Source of the DNA: Gammaproteobacteria bacterium | Lineage (GTDB): Bacteria; Pseudomonadota; Gammaproteobacteria; SZUA-229 | Reading direction: 5' to 3' | Assembly: GCA_041589175.1 (NCBI GenBank) | Contig: JBFHWF010000002.1 | Location: 9,843-73,842 of the forward strand | DNA: 64,000 nt | Part shown: positions 50,982 to 60,412 of the stretch, one piece after another | Numbering within the stretch: the stretch's first letter is position 1 | Layout: each line of letters starts with the position of its first letter | The notes under the pieces: generated by a model | The model's database searches: none | The model's input: only the letters and a program-made list of their open reading frames with translations | Told to the model about the DNA's origin: nothing | Made by a program: the position numbers and the translations under genes

Positions 50982-52346
50982 ATGAAATGGTTTACAACAC
51001 AGGTTGGAACAATGGATACACAACAGCTTTCAGTTCTTCAGGTGGCAAAAACTCCCTCCGCAGCATCAAGGTCGACAACCGGTGTGACATCGACGGGGCA
51101 GGGTGAGGCAGAGTCACAGCCACAAGTATTCAAAGACCATCTTGAGCAGCAGCTAGAGCATCAGCTAGAGCAGCAGGTCGAAGCACCTGTCGAGTCCGAA
51201 TATCTACAAAAAACTGTTGATAATCAACAAGATAAAACAATGCATGAATCACCCGCTTCGACACTTCTCATGAACAATGAGGATGCCCTGGTGATGACTG
51301 CAGAGCAGCAGGCAATCATGCTGGATAGCAGAATCAGCACGGCGCTGAGTAGTCAGCCTGATTCACCTGAGCCGGGCTTGCCTGAACTCGATAGTTCAGC
51401 AGAATTGGTGATTCCGGGGCTAGCGACAGACATGCCATCTCAGAACGCAGGCTTGCCGCTGGGTGGCAATGCATTGCCGCAGGATCACATACCTCAACTC
51501 AGTCAGTCACCCGCACAGATAGTTTCCAGAGGTTTGCCATTTAAAGCTGCTAGTGACACAACTGTGATGACAGGCTCGCAGCCGGTGATCACAGGTCAGG
51601 CCACTGGTATACAGCAGGCTGTCTTAGCACAGGCCAGTATTGTACAGGCGCAAAGTGAATCGACTGATGTGCCAGTAACACAGTATATAGCACCGGTGTT
51701 GAAACCAGTGGTAGCAGCACTTGAGGGCGGGCTGCGTCAGGCCGAGGGTAAACCTGCACTGGATGCCATTTTCAGTCAGCTGTCAGCGACACAGGTGCTG
51801 AATCAGGCCAGCCTGCAGCAGCGAGTACCAGAACTGAACCAGACAATGAGTCCACAACTTTCAGTATTTAATGCCACACCTGTGATGGATTCACCGCTGA
51901 TGGCCAATGCTCAGACAGGTTTAAGTATTCCTGCGTCACTTGGAACTACGCAATGGTCACAGCAGATGAGTGAGCAGGTAAGTATGATGCTAAGAAATGG
52001 TCAGCAGGTCGCAGAAATCAGATTAAACCCGGCACATCTTGGGCCGATGGAAATTCGCCTGACAGTGAATGATGATCAGGCGAGTGTGAATTTTATTGCC
52101 CAGCATGCACCAGTACGTGATGCAATTGATCAGGCATTACCCCGTCTCAGGGATATGCTTGAGCAGCAGGGGCTGAATCTTGCGGATGTAGATGTAGCGA
52201 CTCATTCTGATACACAGCAGCAACAGGCAGAGGAATATTCAGCACAGGGTTCTGATGACGGAGAAGTTGTAACAGATAAGCAGGGTGAAACTCAGGGAGA
52301 TGTGGTACAGCGAGTGATTGATAGTGGATTAAGTCTCTATGCCTGA
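50982..52346 (+). CDS. fliK: Flagellar hook-length control protein FliK
   Basis: Q/P/S-rich ruler region and C-terminal FliK domain (AEIRLNPAHLGPMEIRLTV...QQGLNLADVDV). The true start is probably ATG 51012, given the promoter position. Confidence 0.88.
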   Translation: MKWFTTQVGTMDTQQLSVLQVAKTPSAASRSTTGVTSTGQGEAESQPQVFKDHLEQQLEHQLEQQVEAPVESEYLQKTVDNQQDKTMHESPASTLLMNNEDALVMTAEQQAIMLDSRISTALSSQPDSPEPGLPELDSSAELVIPGLATDMPSQNAGLPLGGNALPQDHIPQLSQSPAQIVSRGLPFKAASDTTVMTGSQPVITGQATGIQQAVLAQASIVQAQSESTDVPVTQYIAPVLKPVVAALEGGLRQAEGKPALDAIFSQLSATQVLNQASLQQRVPELNQTMSPQLSVFNATPVMDSPLMANAQTGLSIPASLGTTQWSQQMSEQVSMMLRNGQQVAEIRLNPAHLGPMEIRLTVNDDQASVNFIAQHAPVRDAIDQALPRLRDMLEQQGLNLADVDVATHSDTQQQQAEEYSAQGSDDGEVVTDKQGETQGDVVQRVIDSGLSLYA

Positions 52347-54823
52347 CGATGCATACTGGCTTCCGTCAGTAAGCTTAATGTCAGGTGAAGCAGTTCAGCA
52401 GAGTCGACGGGCTTTTTCATAAACCCCTTAATATGTAACTGTTCAGCACCTTCAGCAGTTATGGCATTACTATGTCCAGTGCATAGAATGATGGGTAATT
52501 CGGGGCGTAGTTCCAGCATCTGTGAGGCGAGTAAATCGCCGGTCAACCCGGGCATAGTCTGGTCGGTTATTATCAGATCAAACTGGTCAGGGTCGCGTTT
52601 AAAGGTTTCCAGTGCTTCTATCGAATCACAGTATGCTGCCGTTTCAAAACCGGCGTTTCTAAATAGCTCGGCGATAAATGAGGCTACGCTATTTTCATCG
52701 TCAACAATCATGAGTCGCTTGTTGGCGATTATTGACATGTCAATCGGCAATGTCTCACGCGTTTTTTCTTCGTTAACACGTTCCAGGTTAAATAACAGCT
52801 GAATCTGTGTTCCCTGCTGAGTATACTGTTCATCGATTCTGGAGCTGGAAATAATTATATGGCCGTTACTGCTATGAACAATGTCATTGGCGATTCGTAA
52901 TCCGGAGTTATTGCTATCGGCTGACTCGCTTTCAAGTAAATCTGTAATACTCTGTTTGCTAATACCCGGTCCATTATCCTGTATGGTAAGCACAGCATAT
53001 GAATGATCCAGAAGTTTGCCGCAACAGGTGCAATGTTTACCCTGAATGTTCTGACAATCGAGGTTAATAGACAATGTTCCCTTGCCGTTCATGGCGTTGC
53101 GAGAATTAATCAGTAGATGCATTAGCAGTTGGTTAAACCGTGATGCATTAATAAATACAGCAGGTATATCTGGAGCTATCGATGTTGCAATTTCCATGGA
53201 TGATGGCAATGCCGAACGTAGCATTTTGAGTGTGTTTTTTAGCAGTGAGGGCAGCACAATCGCCCTCGAGGATGATTCCTCCTGTAAATTTATGTTCTGT
53301 ATCTGCTCAATAATATCCCGAGCTTTGATTCCAGATTCGCGTATATGACCCAGATAGCTGGCTAGTTTTGCATCTGTGTTGTTTAAGTGTTCAATAGCAA
53401 GGTCAGAGAATCCCAGTATGCTTGCCAGGATGTTATTGAAATCATGTGCGATGCCGCCAGCAAGCATGCCCAGGGCTTCCATTTTCTGTGCCTGGTGAAG
53501 CTGGTTTTCGAGTAATTTCTGCTCTTCCTGTTGCTGAAGCTGAACGGTTATGTCGTCACCTGCAAAGATGACAGATATTGGTCGCTTATCATCACATATA
53601 ACAGTGCTTTTCCAGCGTATCTGTCGGCACTGATTATCATAGGTGATGATTGGAAGTTGCTCACTGGTGTGTGATTCAGTGTCTGGCGTTAGCTGACAAG
53701 TCAGTAACTGGTGAAAGTGATCACGAAAAGTTTGCCTGACCTCCTGTGGTATGAAACTGTCAATAAAATTCATTCCAGCCAGGTCGTTCTGCGTGCAACC
53801 AAGAATATGTGAAGCATGCTGGTTGGCTAGAACGATGCGTTCATGATTGTCCAGTACGATAATGAGAACCTCAGCCACATCAATATATCGACGCGAAAGT
53901 TCACGCTCATATTTGAGAGAGGCTTCCATGTGTTTTCTATTTATCGCTTCAGCAAGAATATTCGATATTGATTGCAGAAAATTCAGTTCATCGAATTTAA
54001 GTTTGGTTTCGAGTGGGCTGAATAAAATAAAAATTCCAAAAGGGTAGTTCTTTTCACCAATCAGTAGGCTGGTGAAGGATTTGTAGCTGTCTTTTATTAG
54101 CTCGTCGGGGAACTCGAACCGATGTTCAGCTTTTATGGATTCGCAGGAAACTGGTGTGTCGCTACTCATAGTAAAACCTATGAGGTTGGATCTTGATGCC
54201 TGTATTACGGTTTTTGCAGCTTTTACCTGTGGCGTATTATATGCGGCTTTTACGAGAGCGGATTTACCATTAATTGCTAGTTCAAGAATGATACCGGAAG
54301 ACATTCCAAGAGACCCACAGACAACGGCGAGTGTCTGCTCAAGTAGATCTGTTACTGGTATATTGCTAAGAGACACCTGCCCCAGTATTGCAATAAGACC
54401 CTGTCGATGCGCTCTCTGTTTGAGCCCGTCGATAAGCTTTTTTCTAGGTCGTGAATCTACCAGTTGCCCAATGTGGAACTGTTTATCATCTATCTGTGCC
54501 GGCGTGAAGGTGGCATCTAGCCAGATTGTTTCACCATCGCTGGTGATGAATTGAAGCTCACCCTTCCAGGTTTGTCTCGAATTTAATGTGCTGGCAAGAA
54601 AATCGTAGTTATTATGCGTGCTTTCAACATGAGTAAAATCTTTGATTGGGCATCTGGTCAATGCCTCCTGAGTGGTGTTTAGAAGGCTGGCAAAGCGTTG
54701 ATTGCAGTAGTGTATATTAAGCTCATCATCAAGAATACAGATGACAGAGTAATTCAGTGTCTGCTCTATCAGGTGCGATTCTAACTGCTGTTCAAGTTGC
54801 ATATTACTCGATAGGGAGGCCAA
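52337..54823 (-). CDS. Soluble hybrid histidine kinase (PAS, GAF, PAS, HisKA, atypical HATPase, receiver)
   Basis: H-box GGIAHDFNNILASI, N-box LLINSRNAM, DNGPGI, and receiver LIITDQTMPGLTG...KKP. ATG 54802 is an alternative start, 1 nt after the upstream REC stop. Confidence 0.85.
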   Translation of the reverse strand: MASLSSNMQLEQQLESHLIEQTLNYSVICILDDELNIHYCNQRFASLLNTTQEALTRCPIKDFTHVESTHNNYDFLASTLNSRQTWKGELQFITSDGETIWLDATFTPAQIDDKQFHIGQLVDSRPRKKLIDGLKQRAHRQGLIAILGQVSLSNIPVTDLLEQTLAVVCGSLGMSSGIILELAINGKSALVKAAYNTPQVKAAKTVIQASRSNLIGFTMSSDTPVSCESIKAEHRFEFPDELIKDSYKSFTSLLIGEKNYPFGIFILFSPLETKLKFDELNFLQSISNILAEAINRKHMEASLKYERELSRRYIDVAEVLIIVLDNHERIVLANQHASHILGCTQNDLAGMNFIDSFIPQEVRQTFRDHFHQLLTCQLTPDTESHTSEQLPIITYDNQCRQIRWKSTVICDDKRPISVIFAGDDITVQLQQQEEQKLLENQLHQAQKMEALGMLAGGIAHDFNNILASILGFSDLAIEHLNNTDAKLASYLGHIRESGIKARDIIEQIQNINLQEESSSRAIVLPSLLKNTLKMLRSALPSSMEIATSIAPDIPAVFINASRFNQLLMHLLINSRNAMNGKGTLSINLDCQNIQGKHCTCCGKLLDHSYAVLTIQDNGPGISKQSITDLLESESADSNNSGLRIANDIVHSSNGHIIISSSRIDEQYTQQGTQIQLLFNLERVNEEKTRETLPIDMSIIANKRLMIVDDENSVASFIAELFRNAGFETAAYCDSIEALETFKRDPDQFDLIITDQTMPGLTGDLLASQMLELRPELPIILCTGHSNAITAEGAEQLHIKGFMKKPVDSAELLHLTLSLLTEASMHRQA

Positions 54824-55181
54824 GTATAGTGTTGACGCTTTCCCTGAGCTCTTTTACGGTAAATGGTTTTTTTAGTGTTGTCTCAGCACCTACCAGTTTG
54901 GCTATTGGAAGGTAATCGAAACGACCTGTGATGCCTCCACCCCCAGATATCGCCAGTATGCGCATGTCAGGATAGGCCTTGCTGAATTCCATAATCATGT
55001 CTATGCCATTTTTTTCTGGCATTACAAGGTCTGCTATTAGCAGGTCAATTTTATTGTCTTTACAGATGGTTTCAGCATCCGCAACATTTTCAGCAGTGTG
55101 AACCTGATGATGCTCAGATAGTGCCTCATCGATAAACTGAAGAATTGATGTGTCGTCATCGACGACAAGTATTGTGCTCAT
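54804..55181 (-). CDS. Single-domain response regulator (receiver only)
   Basis: VVDDD, LLIADLVMPEKNG, AISGGGG and KKPF motifs. Confidence 0.88.
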   Translation of the reverse strand: MSTILVVDDDTSILQFIDEALSEHHQVHTAENVADAETICKDNKIDLLIADLVMPEKNGIDMIMEFSKAYPDMRILAISGGGGITGRFDYLPIAKLVGAETTLKKPFTVKELRESVNTILGLPIE

Positions 55182-55214
55182 TGTATGGAACAGCCATATA
55201 TCGTTAATTCAATA

Positions 55215-56402
55215 TTAGAATAGCTCAATATCACCATTTGTCATCGATTGCTGAGATATTGGGTTCCGATTCATTCTAAGATCAAAATCTTGTATTTCAG
55301 AGAGCGTTGTCTGGAAAATCTCAACCAGGGCGTCGAGATTGAGGCTGCTATCAGTCTGATTATCAAGCGACTGGTTGATAGTTGCATCCATGCTGGAAAT
55401 CAGTAGTAACTTCTGAATGCGTGTGTCCATATGGCTGGACAACTGGGTAACCATGTCTTCAAACTGTAAAGATTGAATAGCGAGGCCAACATGTCGATTT
55501 AAAAGGTCTGATATCTTGGAAATTTCGGACAATTTGTTCGAAGTTTCTATGTTCCGGGCTTCGATCTCATGCATCATGTCATCCAGATGCGTTTTGTTAG
55601 AAATCGTCATATTCATATCACTTGATGCCATTCGACCAACCTGTGTGTTGGCGATTGATATCGTGTCCGCTGTACTGGTGAACTGTTCACGAATCTGGTC
55701 GCTAAAATTCTGGCTTCTCTGAGATAGTGATCTAACTTCATCGGCGACGACGGCGAAGCCACGACCCTGATCGCCTGCTCGGGCGGCTTCTATGGCAGCA
55801 TTCAGTGCCAGCAAATTAGTCTGGGCACTAATGGAGTCCATTTCATCCAGTAGTTTCAGAACTTTCTCGTAATCATTACGTACCTGATTTAATGAGTTCA
55901 CAAGCTCCATGCTCTGCTTGCTCATATCAGTAATGTTTTGCATGATGGTTTTCAGAGTGTCGGCAGCATCTACGGCAAGCCCCTGAATCGTCTTGTGATT
56001 ATCAGACTCATTAGATACATCATCGACTAGTGAAAATACCATATTTTTCTGTTGCATCGATTCACGTTCCAGTCCCTGGAAACTCGCAACAAGGCCCTTA
56101 ATAGCGGTATTCAATAATGACTGAATCTGTTCGTTCTCTGTTTTAACGATTTTGACTTCCTGTTTGCACACAGAGTGAGTTTCGGAAATCAGTCTTGCCA
56201 GTTGTTCACTATTGTCGATGGTGGAGGCGCTCTGCCCAGAATCTATCGTACTGCTGGATGTACTGCTTATGATGATGAGAGCTACGGCTGTTAGAAGAGC
56301 AATGCTTCCGTATGCAGTAATACCCGTTGGGAATACACTGTACAGTGCGATACAGATGATCGCTATGATTATAACGCTCAGGTGTTTCTTGTAATTTCTC
56401 AT
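55215..56402 (-). CDS. Membrane-anchored MCP with a TM hairpin and no periplasmic sensor domain
   Basis: Two adjacent TM helices and the MCP hairpin [32 protein letters not shown]. It also has an [10 protein letters not shown] motif and a C-terminus ending GDIELF. The TTG at 56429 is an alternative start. Confidence 0.85.
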   Translation of the reverse strand: MRNYKKHLSVIIIAIICIALYSVFPTGITAYGSIALLTAVALIIISSTSSSTIDSGQSASTIDNSEQLARLISETHSVCKQEVKIVKTENEQIQSLLNTAIKGLVASFQGLERESMQQKNMVFSLVDDVSNESDNHKTIQGLAVDAADTLKTIMQNITDMSKQSMELVNSLNQVRNDYEKVLKLLDEMDSISAQTNLLALNAAIEAARAGDQGRGFAVVADEVRSLSQRSQNFSDQIREQFTSTADTISIANTQVGRMASSDMNMTISNKTHLDDMMHEIEARNIETSNKLSEISKISDLLNRHVGLAIQSLQFEDMVTQLSSHMDTRIQKLLLISSMDATINQSLDNQTDSSLNLDALVEIFQTTLSEIQDFDLRMNRNPISQQSMTNGDIELF

Positions 56403-56462
56403 ATTGATAATTAACGAATAAAGTATCAAGCAATAGCTTGTGGATATTTAATCATCAACAGG

Positions 56463-57545
56463 TTAATTAATGTCGTTACCTATCGATGGCCCATGAAACT
56501 CCGTGCATCCTATCTGTTTTGCAAACTCTAGTTCTTTTGGTGTGGAAATATCAGCACCAATTATTGTTATGTTACGGTTTTTATAAGCTTCCAGCATTAT
56601 TGATATGTTATTGCTGTTATTGAGCGAAATATATGTTAGTGGAATATCGATCTCAATCGCATCACATCGACTGTTTTTGATGATATTCAGTACATGTAGT
56701 GAAAAACTGAACCTTTCTATGTGCATCCTGGTATTAAGCTCTGATACTGCATTATACAAATGCTCATAGTCTTTTCTGTAAAGTTGTGACTCGCTGAATA
56801 CGCATTCAACCTGCGCCTCAGATATTTTCTCTGAACGCAGAGTATCTCGAAGCATAGATACGAACTGTACTGGATTTGCATTAAAAGGCTGAATATAGAT
56901 AGCCAGTCTGTCTGTTTTGTTATCGTTTTTGAACTGCTTGCAGGCACGTTCTATCAGAATTCTTGCATGACGCAGCTGCAGAGGTGTGTCCGGGCTGAGC
57001 AGACGTTTATTTTTAGCTTCGAGCTGATTAAACTGGACTAGTTGTGTTACCGGCTGCTCATAATCAATCGATAGTCGATAACGTATGCTGACTCTATACT
57101 CGTTGTTTTCAATATCAGTTGCCAGATTGGTCGCGTCCCGAATAATACTGGCAGGTGTATTATGATGTGCGCGTGATATACGGTGCTTTAGTACAGACCA
57201 GTTAATTGGTTTGGTAATGTAATCATCAGCACCTGCGTTGAAAGCTTCCTCAACCGAGTTATCATCGTCAAGGCTGGTGATAATGATGGTGGGTATATCA
57301 GCATAGCGCTCCTTAATTTTTCGGCATGCCTCAAAACCGTTGAGTTCTGGCATAACCGCATCCAGTAGCACCATGTCTATATGATTCTGCTCAAGTAATG
57401 TTAATACTTCCATGCCATTGGCAGCATCATGGGTGATGTACCTTTCTTTTTCCAGTATATGCTTCAGCAGGAATCGTACAGATGGGTCATCATCGGCGAT
57501 AATGATATGCGGTCTATCGTGCTGGGCTATGCTTTGTCCATTCAA
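56463..57545 (-). CDS. Response regulator: receiver plus degenerate EAL-like domain
   Basis: REC motifs IIADDD, LLDAVMPELNG and TKP. The C-terminal roughly 210 aa has an EAL-fold-like pattern but with substituted catalytic motifs. The TTG start is preceded by AGGA. Confidence 0.7.
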   Translation of the reverse strand: MNGQSIAQHDRPHIIIADDDPSVRFLLKHILEKERYITHDAANGMEVLTLLEQNHIDMVLLDAVMPELNGFEACRKIKERYADIPTIIITSLDDDNSVEEAFNAGADDYITKPINWSVLKHRISRAHHNTPASIIRDATNLATDIENNEYRVSIRYRLSIDYEQPVTQLVQFNQLEAKNKRLLSPDTPLQLRHARILIERACKQFKNDNKTDRLAIYIQPFNANPVQFVSMLRDTLRSEKISEAQVECVFSESQLYRKDYEHLYNAVSELNTRMHIERFSFSLHVLNIIKNSRCDAIEIDIPLTYISLNNSNNISIMLEAYKNRNITIIGADISTPKELEFAKQIGCTEFHGPSIGNDIN

Positions 57546-57965
57546 ACTTATGATTCCTGACGCAATGACTTAATGCGGTGGCCTACGGAAGAGGAGGGGA
57601 TACCGTGACAGACCCTGTTTAATTCGAGTCTAGTCGCTGACGGTGGCTTTTCAAGTTTGTCTGTGCAATTAGGCATGTTGTGAGGAATTCAAATAAAGTC
57701 AATAAATACAATAAGATAGAGTTATCGATTGGTTTTTTATTAGAACCTCATTAAAAAAAACAATCTTAATGAGGAAAAAATCCCGATGCCACCTGAATAC
57801 TCAGTTGAAGATATCAACAGTCACTAATAAGTCGATAAAAATCATACTAAAAGAGTGTCTGGATGAATGGTTAATAGCGGAATCTTGGTCTATACATATC
57901 CTAGACACAGCACTATTAGCTGGAATAGTCGGAAACAGAAATGTGAATTTAGGGGAATATCCATA

Positions 57966-58328
57966 ATGGCGAGTATATTGGCGGTTGATGACTCATCATC
58001 TATGCGGCAGATGGTGTCTTTTACCTTGAAAGGTGCCGGCTACCAGGTCACTGAGGCTGCTGATGGGCAGGAAGCACTGAATAAGGCGAAAGCACAACAG
58101 TTTGATCTCATCATAACTGACGTAAATATGCCGGTAATGGATGGTATTACATTTATACGTCATCTACGCGGTGAAGCGAATTATCGATTTACCCCCATGC
58201 TCATGCTAACAACTGAATCTGCTGCAGACAAAAAGGCAGAAGGTAAGGCTGCGGGTGCAACTGGGTGGATCGTAAAACCATTCAATCCCGATCAGTTACT
58301 GAATACCATTAAGAAGGTACTGCGCTAG
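57966..58328 (+). CDS. cheY: Chemotaxis response regulator CheY
   Basis: ILAVDDSSSMRQM, IITDVNMPVMDG, LTTES and WIVKPF motifs. The internal ATG at 57966 fits the domain boundary. Confidence 0.9.
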   Translation: MASILAVDDSSSMRQMVSFTLKGAGYQVTEAADGQEALNKAKAQQFDLIITDVNMPVMDGITFIRHLRGEANYRFTPMLMLTTESAADKKAEGKAAGATGWIVKPFNPDQLLNTIKKVLR

Positions 58329-58351
58329 TTTATCTGTAGGAGTCCACATAA

Positions 58352-60394
58352 ATGTCGATAGATCTGGCTCAGTTTCACGAGACATTTTTCGAAGAAAGTT
58401 TTGAAGGGCTGGATGTTATGGAGTCAGGCCTGCTCGAGCTCGAGCAGGGCGAAGTTGACCTGGAAAACATCAATACAATCTTCAGATCAGCTCACTCAAT
58501 CAAAGGCGGCAGCGGCACGTTCGGTTTTACCGCAGTAGCAGATTTCACACATGATATGGAAACCCTGTTAGACCAGATGCGCAATGGCGATCGCCAGGTA
58601 ACCGCTGATATCGTAAATGTACTTCTGGGTTGTGTTGACACGCTTAGAAGTATGCTCACTGCGATCAAGGATAAGGAAGATGTTGACGTCACCGCTGTCG
58701 CGGAAATGTCAGCAAAACTGCAGGCCATTCTTAATGGTGAAGTGGTACATGACGGTGCACCTGGAGAACAGGTCAACGATACGGTTGTTACGAGCAAGGA
58801 ACAATCTACGGGTGATGGCTGGAATATCTGTTTTACGCCTTTTCAAGACATTATGAAGACTGGCAATGATACTGTCAGGTTGATAAGAGAGTTAAGAGAA
58901 CTGGCTCAGGAATCAGAAGTGGAGGCCATTACTGATAATTTGCCAGCGCTTGAAGAAATCGATCCTGAAGGGAGTTATATCAGCTGGAATATACGCCTGT
59001 ATGGCCAGGATATTAATGAAGAAGAAATACGTGAAGTCTTTGCGTGGGTCGATGATGAATGTGAACTTGAGATAAAGCCTCTGGTTGTTGGTGCTGCATA
59101 TACAGGCCCGGAGCGACGCGATGACTCACGCAGGCAGGAAGATGCACCTGACAGACGTTCTACAGACAGAAGAAGTAAGGCCTCAGAATCATCATCGATT
59201 CGCGTTAATATCAGTAAGGTTGATGAACTGATCAATATGGTCGGTGAACTGGTTATAACACAGTCAATGTTGAGCCAGTTTGGTGATGATGAGTTCAATG
59301 AGCAGCATCTGGAGCGGCTGAAAGATGGATTATCTCAATTAGAGAGCCACACCCGCGAACTTCAGGAAAGCGTCATGCGTATTCGGATGATGCCTATCAG
59401 CTTTGCATTTCAGAGATTTCCACGACTTGTGCATGACCTGAGTACACAGTTTGGTAAGAAAATCGAACTGGTTATGTCGGGTGAAAATACCGAGCTAGAC
59501 AAAACTGTACTCGAAAAAATTGGTGATCCACTTGTGCATCTTGTTAGAAACTCACTGGATCATGGTATTGAATCACCAGAATCACGGATAAATGCAGGCA
59601 AATCAGAAACCGGTGTTATCGAGCTTAAGGCTTATCATCAGGGTGGCAATATTGTCATAGAGATAAGGGATGATGGTGCTGGCCTCAATAAAGAAAAGAT
59701 ACTGACTAAAGCGCGGGATAATAACCTGATAGGTAATGATGAAAGACTATCAGATGAACAGATATACGATCTGATATTCAGGCCAGGTTTCTCCACAGCC
59801 GATGTGATTAGTGATGTATCGGGTCGTGGTGTAGGAATGGATGTTGTCAGGAGAAATATAAGAGAACTTGGGGGTGCAGTTGATGTCGCTTCAAGTCCAG
59901 GTGAAGGATCAGTTTTCACAATTCGTCTGCCGCTGACACTTGCAATACTCGATGGGCAGCTGGTGGGCATAGGTGATGAAACCTATATCCTGCCTGTTAT
60001 CTCTATCGTTGAATCCCTGCAGGTGAGAGAAGAAAACATTAATGCTGTTGCTGGTAATGCTGAAGTTTACAGGCTGAGAGAAGAATACATTCCTATTGTC
60101 AGATTGTATCAGATATTTGATATTCAGCCGGCCTCAGAAAAATTATCGGATGGCTTGCTGGTAGTCGTTGAGGCAGAGGGTAAGAAAATAGCTATCTTTG
60201 TAGATGACCTATTAGGGCAGCAGCAGGTTGTAATAAAGAGCCTGGAAACAAATTTTAGAAAAGTAGAAGGCGTATCCGGTGCAACCATACTGGGAAATGG
60301 CACGGTGTCCCTGATAATTGATATTGCAGGGCTCATAGAATTGTACCAGAACGATATTGCCGGTCTTGCACCCTCGGTAAAAGGTGCGGCTTAG
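58352..60394 (+). CDS. cheA: Chemotaxis histidine kinase CheA
   Basis: P1 motif RSAHSIKGGSGTFGF, P3/P4 motifs (DPLVHLVRNSLDHGIE, DDGAGL, GRGVGMD) and a P5 CheW-like domain. Confidence 0.95.
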   Translation: MSIDLAQFHETFFEESFEGLDVMESGLLELEQGEVDLENINTIFRSAHSIKGGSGTFGFTAVADFTHDMETLLDQMRNGDRQVTADIVNVLLGCVDTLRSMLTAIKDKEDVDVTAVAEMSAKLQAILNGEVVHDGAPGEQVNDTVVTSKEQSTGDGWNICFTPFQDIMKTGNDTVRLIRELRELAQESEVEAITDNLPALEEIDPEGSYISWNIRLYGQDINEEEIREVFAWVDDECELEIKPLVVGAAYTGPERRDDSRRQEDAPDRRSTDRRSKASESSSIRVNISKVDELINMVGELVITQSMLSQFGDDEFNEQHLERLKDGLSQLESHTRELQESVMRIRMMPISFAFQRFPRLVHDLSTQFGKKIELVMSGENTELDKTVLEKIGDPLVHLVRNSLDHGIESPESRINAGKSETGVIELKAYHQGGNIVIEIRDDGAGLNKEKILTKARDNNLIGNDERLSDEQIYDLIFRPGFSTADVISDVSGRGVGMDVVRRNIRELGGAVDVASSPGEGSVFTIRLPLTLAILDGQLVGIGDETYILPVISIVESLQVREENINAVAGNAEVYRLREEYIPIVRLYQIFDIQPASEKLSDGLLVVVEAEGKKIAIFVDDLLGQQQVVIKSLETNFRKVEGVSGATILGNGTVSLIIDIAGLIELYQNDIAGLAPSVKGAA

Positions 60395-60412
60395 TGAATG
60401 TGGAGTTAATAA

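Noticed and set aside
57831-57838. A sigma-28 -10-like octamer GTCGATAA upstream of cheY.
   Set aside because: No acceptable TAAAGTTT-like -35 element lies at the required 11-nt spacing.
57769-57966. A 65-aa ORF, and the 33-codon upstream extension of the cheY ORF (start 57867).
   Set aside because: Both lie in the AT-rich promoter region and have no Shine-Dalgarno sequence. The receiver domain begins right at ATG 57966.
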